64,000 nt of DNA from the NCBI GenBank assembly GCA_963816395.1, contig CAWFKQ010000006.1, positions 256,001 through 320,000 of the forward strand, written 5' to 3'. Of this stretch, positions 1-11,178 are shown in pieces (within the stretch, counting starts at the first letter, position 1; each line of letters begins with the position of its first letter). This DNA is from an uncultured delta proteobacterium (lineage in GTDB: Bacteria > Desulfobacterota > Desulfuromonadia > Desulfuromonadales > JACZKF01). Below the pieces are notes generated by a model, which was not told where the DNA came from, searched no databases, and saw only the letters and a program-made list of their open reading frames with translations. A program made the translations under genes and the position numbers.

Positions 1-1489
1 AATCTGCCGGCGGCACTTAAACAGGAACTGATCGGTCTGGCGGAAAATTATCGGCAAGGGTTCGATCTGCTGGTCCAAAAAGATGGGGAAATCAGAAAAC
101 TGCAATCAGAAATGGGCCAGGTGTTTGAAAAGATGATGGTCCTGACCGATGAAAATGCCACTCTGGCTGCCGCCAATGCGGTGGCGCATGACAAGGAGAT
201 CGCCGCTTCGGCGCATTTCTCCGTTCTTCTGCTCTGGGTGATCAGCATCCTCTGCACGGTGGTGGCGTTCTTCTTCGCCTATTTCTTCGCCCGCAGCATC
301 TCCCGGCCGGTCATCAAAGGCGTGGCGCTGGCGGAAGAGATCGCCCGGGGCGATTTCAGCGCCCGGCTCAACCTGGTGCGCTCCGACGAGATCGGCCAGT
401 TGTCCGCAGCCCTGGATCAGAATGGCCGAAAGTCTGGCCAGCCAGGCTGCGGTGGCGGAGGAGATTTCCAAGGGGAACCTCACCATCAAGGTGGAGTTGG
501 CCTCCGAAAAGGATCAGTTGGGCAAAGCGCTGCAGAACATGCTGCATATCCTCAATGATGTTCTGGGGCAGGTCAAGTCGGCGGCGGGCAATGTCGCCTC
601 CGGGAGCCAGGCGATGAGCAGCGCCTCCGAGGAGATGTCGCAGGGAGCGACCGAGCAGGCGGCCAGCGCCGAGGAGGCTTCCAGCTCCATCGAACAGATG
701 ACGGCCAATATCCGGCAGAACGCCGATAATGCCCTGCAGACGGAGAAGATCGCCGTCAAGTCGGCGGCCGACGCCCGCGAGGGGGGCGCGGCGGTCAACG
801 AGACGGTCACGGCGATGAAGGAAATCGCCGGCAAGATCCTGATCATCGAGGAGATCGCCCGCCAGACCAACCTGCTGGCGCTGAACGCCGCCATCGAGGC
901 GGCGCGGGCCGGCGAGCACGGCAAGGGGTTCGCGGTAGTGGCGGCGGAGGTGCGCAAGCTGGCCGAACGCAGCCAGGTGGCGGCCGGGGAGATCGGCAAG
1001 CTGTCGGCGAGCAGCGTCGATATCGCCGAGAAGGCCGGCAAGCTGCTGGAGACGATCGTGCCGAACATCCAGCGCACCTCGGAACTGGTGCAGGAGATCG
1101 CCGCGGCCAGCCGCGAGCAGGATTCCGGGGCCGAGCAGATCAATAAGGCGATCCAGCAGCTCGACATGGTCATCCAGCAGAACGCCTCGGCAGCCGAGGA
1201 GATGGCCTCCACCGCCGAGGAGCTCACCGGCCAGTCGGAGCAGTTGCAGGAGATGGTCGCCTTCTTCCGCATCGAGGAGAAGGGGGGAAGCCGCAACCGG
1301 ACCGTTGCGAAAGCAGCGGAGGGCAGGGAGAAGACCCCGTTTAAAGTAGCCCACCTGACCACCCCGGCAAAGAAGTCCGAAGGGAAGGAAAATCCCTCCA
1401 AGCCGCTGGCGGATTCGGCCGCCCAGGCGCAGGCCCAGCTCACCCGGGCTGCCGCCGACCGGCTGGATGACGAATTCGAGCGCTTCTGA
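1..1489 (+). CDS. Methyl-accepting chemotaxis protein (5' end outside window; frameshift near 420)
   Basis: TM + HAMP in ORF 112..558, then MCP signalling domain ([40 protein letters not shown]) in 422..1489. Ends in EFERF, a CheR/CheB-tether-type pentapeptide. Confidence 0.95.
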
Positions 1490-1515
1490 TGAAACCCGGG
1501 AAGGAGGGAAGACTA

Positions 1516-2013
1516 GTGAGCACGGAAATCGAAGCGGCACTGCAGTGCCTTACCTTTCGGCTGGGTGAGGAGGTTTTCGCGGTGGATGTTACCAAGGCGC
1601 GGGAAGTTCTCGATTTCTCCGCCATCACCCGGGTGCCGCAGACCCCCAGATTCATGCTCGGGGTGATCAATCTGCGCGGCAGCGTGGTGCCGGTGATCGA
1701 TCTGCGGCAGAAATTCGGCCTGGCGGCCGTCGAACGCACCCGCGACACCTGCATCGTGGTGCTGGAAATCACGGTAGATGGAGAAACGACGGTGGTCGGG
1801 GCGGTGGCCGATTCGGTGCAGGAGGTGCTCGAACTCGACCCGGATCAGATCGAGCCGCCGCCGCGCATCGGCACCCGGCTGAAGACGGAGTTCATCCGGG
1901 GCATGGGCAGCGTCGGGGATCGCTTTCTGATTCTGCTCGACATCGACCGGGTCTTTTCCGCCGAGGAGCTTTCCCTGGTGCAGACCGCCGGCGACGAGGC
2001 GCAGGTGGCATGA
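1516..2013 (+). CDS. cheW: Chemotaxis coupling protein CheW
   Basis: LTFRLGEEVFAVDV...ITRVPQTPRFMLGVINLRGSVVPVIDLR. Start approximate (GTG 1516 after GGAGG). Confidence 0.93.
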   Translation: MSTEIEAALQCLTFRLGEEVFAVDVTKAREVLDFSAITRVPQTPRFMLGVINLRGSVVPVIDLRQKFGLAAVERTRDTCIVVLEITVDGETTVVGAVADSVQEVLELDPDQIEPPPRIGTRLKTEFIRGMGSVGDRFLILLDIDRVFSAEELSLVQTAGDEAQVA

Positions 2014-2045
2014 ATTCCCTCTGCGCTTCGCGACGGGAGGCTGGA

Positions 2046-2890
2046 ATGGAACAACTCCGGTGGGCTATCTCCCAGGAAGATTTTGCCCGCTTCAGCCACC
2101 TGATTACCACCCACTGCGGCATCCGCATGCCGCCGCAGAAAAAGGGGATGCTGGAAGCCAGGCTGCGCAAACGGTTGCGCAGCCTGGGGCTGGACAGTTT
2201 CGAGGACTATGGCGAACGTCTGTTCAGCCCGGAGGGGATGCGCGAAGAACTGGTCCATCTGATCGATGCGGTGACCACCAATAAAACGGATTTCTTCCGG
2301 GAGCCGGCGCATTTCGATTTTCTGCTGCAGCAGGCTGCCGCGCCTGATGCAAACCTACGGCGCCGGGCAGCATCGGCCCTTTCGCGTCTGGAGCGCCGGC
2401 TGCGCCAGCGGCGAAGAGCCCTATACCCTGGCGATGATCCTCGCCGAATTCGCCGCCGCGACCCCCGGCTTCGACTTCCATATCCTGGCGACCGACATCT
2501 CCACCCGGGTGCTGGAAATCGCCCGTCTCGGGGTTTACCGGGCGGACAAGGCGGAGCCGGTCCCGCCGTCGCTCAAGCGCCATTACCTGCTGCGCAGCCG
2601 CGATCCGGAGCAGAACCGGGTGCGCATCGTGCCGGAACTGCGGAGCAAGGTCACTTTCCGCCGCCTCAACTTCATGGACGAGGACTATGGGGTCCGCGAA
2701 CCGTTCGATATCCTCTTCTGCCGCAACGTCCTGATCTATTTCGAACGTCCCACGGCAGGAGCTTCTTCTCCGCCGGCTCTGCCGCCACCTGCCGCCCGGA
2801 CGCTTTCTGTTCACCGGTCATTCGGAGACCCTGAGCGGGATGGATCTGCCGCTCGTTCCCGTGGCACCTTCCGTCTACCGGCGGGTCTGA
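2046..2890 (+). CDS. cheR: Chemotaxis methyltransferase CheR (frameshifted)
   Basis: [36 protein letters not shown] and FCRNVLIYF, spread over frames 2010..2834 and 2347..2928. Confidence 0.92.
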
Positions 2891-2899
2891 ACCGGGACC

Positions 2900-3980
2900 A
2901 TGGTGGCGAAAGAAGGTTCGCGTACTGATCATCGATGATTCGGCGGTGGTGCGCCAGACGCTGACGGAGATCCTGGCGGCCGACCCGCAGATCGAGGTGG
3001 TCGGAGTGGCGGCCGATCCGCTGATTGCCGTCGACAAGATCCGCCGGCTGCACCCCGATGTCCTCACCCTGGACGTGGAAATGCCGCGCATGGACGGCCT
3101 CACCTTCCTGCGGCAGCTGATGAGCCAGCATCCCCTGCCGGTGGTGATGTGCTCCAGCCTCACCGAAAAGGGGGCGGAGAGCACTTTCAAGGCCCTGCAA
3201 TACGGGGCGGTAGAGGTGATTCACAAGCCGCGCCTGGGCGCCCGCCAGTTCCTCGAGGAGTCGCGCATCCTGATCTGTGATGCGGTCAAGGCAGCCGCCT
3301 GCGCCCGGCTGCGGCCGCGGTCGCCGGCGTCCCTGGAGCCGCCGCCCAAGCTCACCGCCGATGCCGTGCTGCCGGCGGCGCGGGTCGAACCGATGCGCAC
3401 CACCGAAAAGATCGTGGCGGTCGGCGCCTCCACCGGCGGCACCGAGGCCCTGCGGGTCTTTCTCGAAGCGCTGCCGCCCGATGCTCCGGGAATCGTCATC
3501 GTCCAGCACATGCCGGAGCATTTTACCCGCGCCTTCGCCCGGCGACTCGACGGGCTATGCATGGTTTCGGTGAAAGAGGCGGAGACCGGCGACAGCGTAC
3601 TGCCCGGCCGGGTATTGATCGCTCCCGGCAACCGGCACCTGCTGCTCAAGCGCAGCGGCGCCCGCTACTACGTGGAGATCAAGGACGGCCCGCTGGTCTG
3701 CCGCCACCGCCCCTCGGTCGATGTGCTGTTCCGTTCGGCGGCGCGCTATGCCGGCAAGAATGCCATCGGCGTGATCCTCACCGGCATGGGGGACGACGGC
3801 GCGCGCGGCATGCGCGAGCTGCAGCAGGCCGGCGCCCGCACCTTCGCCCAGGACGAGGCGAGCTGCATCGTCTTCGGCATGCCGAAAGAGGCGATCCGCC
3901 TGGGGGGGGTCGAACAGGTGCTGCCGCTCGAGCAGATGGCGGCGGCTGTCCTCAAGGCCTATCGCGAAAGCGGGAAGTAG
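2900..3980 (+). CDS. cheB: Chemotaxis response regulator methylesterase CheB
   Basis: Receiver domain ([12 protein letters not shown]) plus methylesterase motifs [28 protein letters not shown]. Frameshift just after the start. Confidence 0.95.
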
Positions 3981-4012
3981 ATTCGGAAGCAGGCAGCACG
4001 GAAGGGGAGAAG

Positions 4013-4885
4013 ATGATGAAGAAGGCGCAGGAGGAACTGGTGGAGCACCTGCAGAAGCAGTTCGAGGTCAACCGCCGGGCGCTGCACGATCTGCGGGAGG
4101 TCACCGGCCAACTGGAGGTGCTCAACCGCAAACTGCAGGAGTCGGAGGCGCTCAAGAGCCACTTTCTCTCCAATATCCGCAACGAGATCACCAATCCGCT
4201 GACCGCCATCATGGGGCTTTCCAACCGGCTGCTCGCCGGTGAGGAGCCGGCTCGTCTGCCGGTGGTGGCCCGGATGATCTATGAAGAAGCGTTCACTCTC
4301 GATTTCCAGCTGCAGAACATCTTCGCCGCCGCCGAACTGGAGGCGGGCGAGGCGGCCCCGGAGTGGGCGCGGGTGGATGTCGCCGGGGTGCTGGCCGCCA
4401 TCTGTTCCCTCCTGGAACACCGCATCGGGCAAAAGGGGGTACGACTCATATCAAGTGTGCCGGCGACGCTCTTCTTCGTCACCGACGCCCGCCGGCTGCA
4501 CCTGATGCTCATCAATCTGCTCGCCAATGCCGTGGAGTTCAGCCCGCCGGGGGGAGAGGTGGCGTTGCGGGCGGAGGCGGCCGAAGGTCGGCTGCGGATC
4601 GGCATCAGCGACCAGGGCTCGGGCATCGCCCCGGCCGATCGGGAAACCGTCTTCGACCGCTTCCGGCAGTTGGAGAGCGGCCCCGCCAAGGGGCACCGGG
4701 GGCATGGATTGGGGCTGAGCATCACGCGAGCGGTGGCTGAACTGCTGGGCGGCAGCCTCATCCTGGAGAGCACGCCGGGCGGAGGAAGCCATTTTCACGT
4801 TACCCTCCCCGAGCCAGGCGGCAGTGCCGATGTCGTCGCTCCCGAAGGCAACCTCTTCTTCTTCGAAGAAGGGCAGCGCTTCTAG
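4013..4885 (+). CDS. Histidine-kinase-like protein (coiled coil + HisKA-like + HATPase_c); H-box His replaced by Asn
   Basis: FLSNIRNEITNPLTAI H-box-like segment; N box NLLANAV, G1 DQGSGI, F box FDRF, G2 GHGLGL. Confidence 0.85.
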   Translation: MMKKAQEELVEHLQKQFEVNRRALHDLREVTGQLEVLNRKLQESEALKSHFLSNIRNEITNPLTAIMGLSNRLLAGEEPARLPVVARMIYEEAFTLDFQLQNIFAAAELEAGEAAPEWARVDVAGVLAAICSLLEHRIGQKGVRLISSVPATLFFVTDARRLHLMLINLLANAVEFSPPGGEVALRAEAAEGRLRIGISDQGSGIAPADRETVFDRFRQLESGPAKGHRGHGLGLSITRAVAELLGGSLILESTPGGGSHFHVTLPEPGGSADVVAPEGNLFFFEEGQRF

Positions 4886-4904
4886 CGCAGCCGGCCACCG
4901 TCCC

Positions 4905-5396
4905 ATGATCGATACGCCGTCACTGCCCACCCACTATCTCTATCCGGGCACCCTGTTCGTCTCCCGCCAGCCGCACCTGGTAACCACGGTACTCGGTTCC
5001 TGCATCTCGGTGTGCCTCTGGGACCCGGTCACCCGCCTCGGCGGCATCAATCACTTCCTGCTTCCCCTGTGGAATGGCGAGGGACTGGCGACTCCCAAGT
5101 ACGGCAATGTCGCCATCCCCAAGCTGATCGAAAAGCTGGCGGCGCTCGGGGCCGATCCCCGGCGGCTGGTGGCCAAGGTATTCGGCGGGGCGGCCATGTG
5201 GGGACCGGCGCCGGGTCTGCTCCAGGTCGGCGAGCGCAATACCGAGTTGGCCCAGAGGCTGCTCGCGGAAATGGGAATCCCCATCGGCGGCGTCGATCTC
5301 GGCGGCATGGTCGGCCGCAAGATCATCTTCAATACCGGCAGTGGCGAGGTCCTGCTGCGCCGCCAAGCGGCGGCGCAGGCACGGGCGATGACCTGA
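4905..5396 (+). CDS. cheD: Chemoreceptor glutamine deamidase CheD
   Basis: TTVLGSCISVCLWD...GGINHFLLP...AKVFGGA...VGERN...DLGG motifs. Confidence 0.93.
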   Translation: MIDTPSLPTHYLYPGTLFVSRQPHLVTTVLGSCISVCLWDPVTRLGGINHFLLPLWNGEGLATPKYGNVAIPKLIEKLAALGADPRRLVAKVFGGAAMWGPAPGLLQVGERNTELAQRLLAEMGIPIGGVDLGGMVGRKIIFNTGSGEVLLRRQAAAQARAMT

Positions 5397-5399
5397 CCG

Positions 5400-5632
5400 G
5401 CCGCCTGCTCCCGTCCTGTTTCTGCCCCTGCAGAGCCGTCAGCCGTACGACCTCTCCTGTCCCGAGCAGTGGAATCCTTTCGATCTTTTCGCCGGCCGGC
5501 GCTGTCGCGGTCCCGGAGACGGGCGCTCCCGGCGGCGGTTGATTCGCTTGCGCTCGGCCTGCCGTCGGGCAGGAAATGGCTGAAGGCGGCGTAGGCAAAG
5601 GCGATCAGCATGAGGATTTCGAACATGGGCAT
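5400..5632 (-). CDS. Possible small membrane-anchored hypothetical protein (3' end uncertain)
   Basis: GGAGG then ATG at 5632; hydrophobic N-terminus MPMFEILMLIAFAYAAFSHFL. The called ORF runs on antisense into cheD, so the true stop is unclear. Confidence 0.35.
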
Positions 5633-5754
5633 ACCTCCAAGGGGGATGAGGTCAGGATAGGAGCCGGTCCGCGACAGAATACGTCACATCATTTTCGGCC
5701 GGAATCCCTTGAAAATTCCGGCACAAACCCCGGGAATTCTCTCCTCCCTGGACA

Positions 5755-5783
5755 TTGACAGGCCCCGGCAAATCGTATACAGT
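5755..5783 (+). promoter_or_regulatory. Putative sigma-70 promoter for acnB
   Basis: TTGACA (5755-5760), 17 nt, TACAGT (5778-5783). Confidence 0.55.
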
Positions 5784-5928
5784 ATGCAATATTTCAAATC
5801 CCCGGAGGGTATCCCGGGCAGCTCTCGGGAATAGTGATAAAGGGGCTGAAATTCCTGATCTAACGTAGTTTTCGCGGATGCTTCCGGCGCTGCCGGCGGG
5901 CCGCAACAATTTCGAGGAGGAGAGAGAA

Positions 5929-8470
5929 ATGATCGAAGCTTATCTGAGACACCAGGAGGAGCGGAATGCGCAGGGGATCCCCCCTCTGCCGCTCACTGCC
6001 GACCAGGCCCGGGAACTGGTGCAGCTTCTGCAGAATCCCCCGAAAGGGAAAGAAGATTTGCTGCTGCATCTGCTCAAGGAGCGGATCTCCCCCGGCGTCG
6101 ATCCGGCCGCCGAAATCAAGGCCGATTTCCTCGGCAAAATTCTCAAGGGACAGGCCACCTCGCCGCTGGTGGCGAAGAAGGAAGCCGTGCAGATCCTCGG
6201 CACCATGATCGGCGGTTACAATGTTGCCCCTCTGGTCGAGGCGCTGAAGGATCCGGCGCTGGCCGACGAGGCCGCCCGCGCCCTTTCCGGCATCACCCTG
6301 GTCTACGGCGCCTTCGAGGAGGTCCTGGCTCTGGCCAAGAACAACGCCGCGGCGAAGAAGGTGGTCGATTCCTGGACCAAGGCGGAGTGGTTCACCTGCA
6401 AGCCCGGTGTTCCCGAGGTGATCAAGGTCAAGGTCTTCAAGGTGGACGGTGAGATCAATACCGATGACTTCTCCCCGGCCGGCGATGCCTGGAGCCGCCC
6501 CGATATCCCGCTGCACGCCCTGGCCATGGGCAAGACCCGCTTTCCCAGCGGGCTGAAGACCATCGCCGAGTTCCGCCAGCAGGGTTTTCAGGTCGCCTTC
6601 GTCGGCGACGTGGTCGGCACCGGCTCCTCCCGCAAATCCGCCTGCAACAGCGTGCTGTGGCACATCGGCGAGGACATCCCCGCGGTTCCCAACAAGAAGC
6701 GCGGCGGCGTCATCATCGGCGGCGTCATCGCTCCGATCTTCTTCAACACCGCCCAGGACTCCGGCGCCCTGCCGCTGGTGATGGACGTCTCGAAGATGAA
6801 CACCGGCGACCTCATCACCATCAACACCAGAAAGGGCGAGGTCACCAACGAGAAGGGCGAGGTGATCGCCACCTTCGCCATCAAGCCGAACACCCTGGCC
6901 GACGAGTACCGGGCCGGCGGCCGCATCCCCCTGATCATTGGCCGCTCCCTCACCGAGAGGGCCAGGAAGGCCCTCGGCATGGGGGAAACCGACATCTTCG
7001 CCAAGCCGGTCAACCCGGTAGCCAAGAAGGATCAGGGCTACAGCCTGGCGCAGAAGATGGTCGGCAAGGCCTGCGGTCTGCCGGGCGTTCTCCCCGGTAC
7101 CGCCTGCGAGCCGAAGATGACCACCGTCGGTTCCCAGGACACCACCGGCCCGATGACCGCCGATGAGCTCACCGAACTCGCCTGCCTGAAGTTCCAGGCG
7201 CCGATGTTCATGCAGTCCTTCTGCCACACCGCCGCCTATCCGAAGCCGGCGGACGTGAAGATGCACAAGAACCTGCCCAATTTCATCGCCGCCCGCGGCG
7301 GGGTCGCCCTGCGCCCCGGCGACGGCGTCATCCACAGCTGGCTGAACCGCCTGCTGCTGCCCGACACCGTCGGCACCGGCGGCGACAGCCACACCCGCTT
7401 CCCCATGGGCATCAGCTTCCCGGCCGGCTCCGGTCTGGTCGCCTTCGCCGGCGCCCTCGGCTTCATGCCCCTGGATATGCCGGAGAGCGTGCTGGTGCGC
7501 TTCAAGGGGAAATTCAATCCCGGCATCACCCTGCGCGACGCGGTCAACGCCATCCCCTTCTGGGCCATCAAGCAGGGGCTGCTCACCGTGCCGAAGAAGA
7601 ACAAGAAGAACATCTTCAACGGCCGCATCCTGGAGATGGAAGGACTGCCCGAACTCTCCGTCGAGCAGGCCTTCGAGCTGACCGACGCCGCCGCCGAGCG
7701 CAGCGCCGCCGCCGCCGCCATCCAGCTCTCCGAGACAGTCCGTCGCCACCTACCTGCGCTCCAACGTGGCGCTGATGCAGAAGATGATCGCCGAAGGCTA
7801 CCAGGATCCCCAGACCCTGCAGAACCGCATCGACGCGGTCAACGCCTGGCTGGCCAAGCCCGAGCTCCTCAAGGCCGACAAGAACGCCGAGTACGCGGCG
7901 GTGATCGAGATCGACCTGGCCGAGATCACCGAGCCGATCCTCGCCTGCCCGAACGACCCGGACGATGTCAAGCTGCTCTCCGAGGTGGCCGGCACCCCGA
8001 TCCAGGACGTCTTTCTCGGCTCCTGCATGACCAACATCGGCCACTTCCGCGCCGCCGCCGAGATCTGGCGCGGCCAGAAGTTCAACCCGGCCGTCCGCAC
8101 CTGGATCTGCCCGCCGACCCGCATGGATCAGCAGCAGCTCAAGGACGAGGCGCTCTTCTCCATCTACAGCGCCATCGGCGCCCGCATCGAGATCGCCGGC
8201 TGCTCCCTGTGCATGGGGAACCAGGCCCGCGTGCCCGACGGGGTGAACATGTTCTCCACCTCCACCCGCAACTTCGACGACCGCATCGGCAACGGCGCCA
8301 AGGTCTTCCTCGGCTCCGCCGAAATCGGCGCGGTCATCTCCACCATGGGGAAAATCCCGACGCCCGCCGAGTACCTCGCGGTCTACAAGGAGAAGGTCGC
8401 GCCCAAGGCCGACCAGGTGTACAAGTACCTGCAGTTCGACCAGATGCCGGAGTACAAGAAGTCGGCCTGA
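5929..8470 (+). CDS. acnB: Aconitate hydratase B (frameshift near 7735)
   Basis: AcnB N-terminus ([18 protein letters not shown]), [47 protein letters not shown]. Confidence 0.97.
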
Positions 8471-8495
8471 TCAGGCTGAACGACCGCGCATGACG

Positions 8496-8531
8496 AAGAC
8501 CCCCGCCCGGGCTGCCGGGCGGGGGTCTTTT
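8496..8531 (+). terminator. Intrinsic terminator after acnB
   Basis: AAGACCCCCGCCCGG-gctg-CCGGGCGGGGGTCTT hairpin ending in a T run. Confidence 0.8.
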
Positions 8532-8762
8532 GCTATCCCCACCCAGGCAGAGCCGGGGATGGCTTCTGCGGGAACAGTGGATTTGCGCCATCGGGAACTG
8601 CTTCTCGCACCTGCGCCCCCATGCGGGCTGCTCGCCCGAACGGGGCTTTTTGCTTGTTTTATCAGGAGATTTCAGTAACCTGTACGTCCTGGCGTCTTGC
8701 ATCGGGATCTTTTGCCCCGCCAGGGAAAGCGGCTTTTTTTCACCATCCTCTCGGGGGAAATC

Positions 8763-8916
8763 ATGCAGCGTCGAGCACATCTATTATATCAATGGGGAAT
8801 GGGTGCCGTCCCGGGGCGGGCGGTTCATCGATGTTATCAACCCCGCCACCGAGGAGGTCCTGGGAACGATTCCTGCCGGCACCGCCGAAGACGCCGACGC
8901 CGCTGCAATGAGGTAA
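8763..8916 (+). pseudogene. Aldehyde dehydrogenase 5' remnant
   Basis: YINGEWVPSRGGRFIDVINPATEEVLGTIPAGTAEDADAA is the typical ALDH N-terminus. It stops after ~50 codons and an unrelated gene follows. Confidence 0.75.
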
Positions 8917-8982
8917 ATTATTCCGAGAGGCGAAACCAAGTCCGGTCCCTGTTCACGAAGAGGCGGAAGGAGTAAAAAAGGC

Positions 8983-9177
8983 ATGAGTGACCTGTTCCCC
9001 GAGGGAGAAGACGTGCGACGCGCCGTCAGATGGGTGTCCGGCAGCCTTCAGGAGAATCCCGATCAGCCGGTCAAGCGGTTTGTCAGGGAAGCGATCTTCA
9101 AGTTCGACCTTTCCCCGAAGGATGCCGAATTCCTGATCGGGTTCTTCAGCGAGAGGGACGAAGCGGCTGGTGGATAA
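8983..9177 (+). CDS. Small hypothetical protein (64 aa)
   Basis: AGGAG RBS; compact helical-looking ORF with host-like codon usage. Confidence 0.7.
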   Translation: MSDLFPEGEDVRRAVRWVSGSLQENPDQPVKRFVREAIFKFDLSPKDAEFLIGFFSERDEAAGG

Positions 9178-9314
9178 TTTGACGGGTCGGAAAATCAGGG
9201 TACATTGAACCTACCTTCTGCACAGGCGCGTGGGAAAAGCCAACCCTGCCGCGCGGCAGGACGGAAAGTCACGGCGAGATCGGGACGGCGAACATACACA
9301 TCAGGGAGGCGGGT

Positions 9315-10067
9315 ATGCGGCACGGAATCAGTTCTCTGCTTGTTCTGGCGGCTCTTCTTACCCTTCCTGTTGGAGCGTGGGCCGAACTGCCCTGGCAGTT
9401 CGACGAGCACACCCGGTACATGGTCATGGGGGATAGCCTGGGGGCAGGTTACGGTGCCATTCCGGCTACCCAGGGGTATGCTTACCTTCTATACCAGGAA
9501 GGGGTCTTCGATACCATGCCCAACACTCTTTTGACCAATGCGGCCGTCCCCGGCGCCACCAGCCAGGGAGTCCTCGATTTTCAAGTCCCCCAGGCGATTC
9601 AGTTCTTCAAGCCCGACGTGATCACCCTGACCGTCGGCGGCGATGACCTGGCGGTGCTGCTGCTCGGGTTCCTGAACGCTCCTTCCCCGCCAACCCCCGA
9701 GGAGTTTCAGGCGGCGATCCAGGATCTCCTGACCACTTTCGGGGCCAATCTTTCCCAGATTCTCTTCTCGTTGAAACAGGCCCTGCCGGGGGTGGAGATC
9801 TATGTTGCCAATCTCTACCAGGTTCCGGAAATCGTCGATGCGATCCCCGCCGGCCTGGGAGCCGGACAGATCATCCCCGCCTTCAATCAGGTCATCGCCC
9901 AGGTGGCCGGCTCGCTTGAGGTCCCGGTGGCGGACCTGTACAGCGCCTTTCTGGGGAGAAGGGGCCTTCTTCTGATCGAGCGCCACGGGAGCGACCCCTT
10001 CCAGATCCATCCGACCAATGCCGGCTACCGGGTCGCAGCCAAGGCGTTCGAGGCCGTTATCCCGTAA
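9315..10067 (+). CDS. Secreted SGNH/GDSL-family hydrolase
   Basis: Signal peptide; GDSL block I (MGDSLGAG), block II (AAVPGATS), block III-like GGDD, block V (QIHPTNAGY). Confidence 0.88.
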   Translation: MRHGISSLLVLAALLTLPVGAWAELPWQFDEHTRYMVMGDSLGAGYGAIPATQGYAYLLYQEGVFDTMPNTLLTNAAVPGATSQGVLDFQVPQAIQFFKPDVITLTVGGDDLAVLLLGFLNAPSPPTPEEFQAAIQDLLTTFGANLSQILFSLKQALPGVEIYVANLYQVPEIVDAIPAGLGAGQIIPAFNQVIAQVAGSLEVPVADLYSAFLGRRGLLLIERHGSDPFQIHPTNAGYRVAAKAFEAVIP

Positions 10068-10180
10068 ACTTACCGGGCAGTCGAAAAGGGGGTCGGCGAA
10101 TGCGATCTTGCCTGGCGCCGTAGATTCCCGGGATGCCTGCTGGCCATGGCACCCGAATAGCATTTCGACGGGGGGCTTAC

Positions 10181-10843
10181 GTGTTCAGTTCCGAATTCAG
10201 CCCAGAGTTGGCCCCGACGCTGGTAGCCATGCTGGCCAAGATCCCCGAGGCCGGTACTCTGAAGCGGGTCGTGGCCGAATCGGCGGTAGCAGCGGACGCT
10301 CTCTGCGGCAACCGGCCGATGGCCTGTGGCCCCGGCTGCCCCCATTGCTGTGTGCTGAACGTGGCGGTCCTGCTGCCCGAAGGGATGGTCATCGCCGACT
10401 GGCTGCGGCAACAGCACCCGGCGAAAACCCTCGACGCCCTGCGTGAACAGCTCGCCGCCCACAGTCGCCGGGTGCGCTGGATGGAGGACGAAGAGCGGAT
10501 CTTCGAACACGCCGCCTGCCCGCTGCTCGATCCTGCCGGCAACTGCTCCGTCCATCCCGTACGGCCGCTGGAGTGCCGCGGTGCCGCTTCGCTCGACCGC
10601 GACAGCTGCCGCACGGCATTCCGGCCGTTCTTTATCGATCAGGAGCCGCGGGTGCCCGCCGACCTGCTGCGTCAGGCGGCATTCGACTCGGCATTCAAGG
10701 CGCTGGCCAGGGCCCTGCAGCACCACGGACTTGACGACCGCAGTATTGAACTTGGGAGAGGAGTTCTGGCATTTCTGGATCGTCCCGAATGTCGTGACCT
10801 GCTTCTGTCGGGGGAACGGTTGCCCCAGGAGCTTTGGGATTGA
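10181..10843 (+). CDS. YkgJ-family cysteine-cluster (Zn/Fe-S) protein
   Basis: CGPGCPHCC ... CPLLD...CSVHPVRPLECR pattern. Start approximate. Confidence 0.8.
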   Translation: MFSSEFSPELAPTLVAMLAKIPEAGTLKRVVAESAVAADALCGNRPMACGPGCPHCCVLNVAVLLPEGMVIADWLRQQHPAKTLDALREQLAAHSRRVRWMEDEERIFEHAACPLLDPAGNCSVHPVRPLECRGAASLDRDSCRTAFRPFFIDQEPRVPADLLRQAAFDSAFKALARALQHHGLDDRSIELGRGVLAFLDRPECRDLLLSGERLPQELWD

Positions 10844-10938
10844 CTCTGCGCCACATCCAATCGTAGCGGCAGGCGATGGCACATCGCCCTCGCTGCTTTT
10901 AGCTAACCATCAACAGAGCACAGAAAAGGAGGAGTGAA

Positions 10939-11124
10939 ATGCCGGTCATGCATTTTTACGGTCCCGGGTTGACCAAGGAGAAGAAGGCGGAACTGGTACG
11001 GGACTTTTCAGCGGCCGCGAGCCGGGCCACCGGGATTCCCATGGAAAAAATGGTGGTCTACGTCCACGAGATGCCCCCCGAGAATATCGGCGTCGGCGGC
11101 GATCTCCTGGCCAATCGGAAGTAG
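10939..11124 (+). CDS. 4-oxalocrotonate tautomerase family protein (DmpI-like)
   Basis: 61 aa with Pro-1 after Met; LTKEKKAELV...ENIGVGG; strong RBS AGGAGG. Confidence 0.88.
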   Translation: MPVMHFYGPGLTKEKKAELVRDFSAAASRATGIPMEKMVVYVHEMPPENIGVGGDLLANRK

Positions 11125-11145
11125 CAGTTTCCTTCCGCCGGTATC

Positions 11146-11178
11146 AAGGGCACGGGATCTCCCGTGCCCTTTCCTTTA
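11146..11178 (+). terminator. Intrinsic terminator
   Basis: AAGGGCACGGG-atct-CCCGTGCCCTT followed by a pyrimidine/T-rich tail. Confidence 0.7.

Noticed and set aside
5860..7749. Long antisense ORFs, e.g. 629 aa opposite acnB, 669 aa at 14427-16436, and others opposite pilB, aapQ and lutA
   Set aside because: Shadow ORFs expected in high-GC coding DNA; the opposite strand carries recognisable proteins.
7730..7770. Programmed frameshifting or true pseudogenes in acnB and other split genes
   Set aside because: Indels are scattered through unrelated genes with no consistent slippery motif; sequencing error is the simpler explanation.
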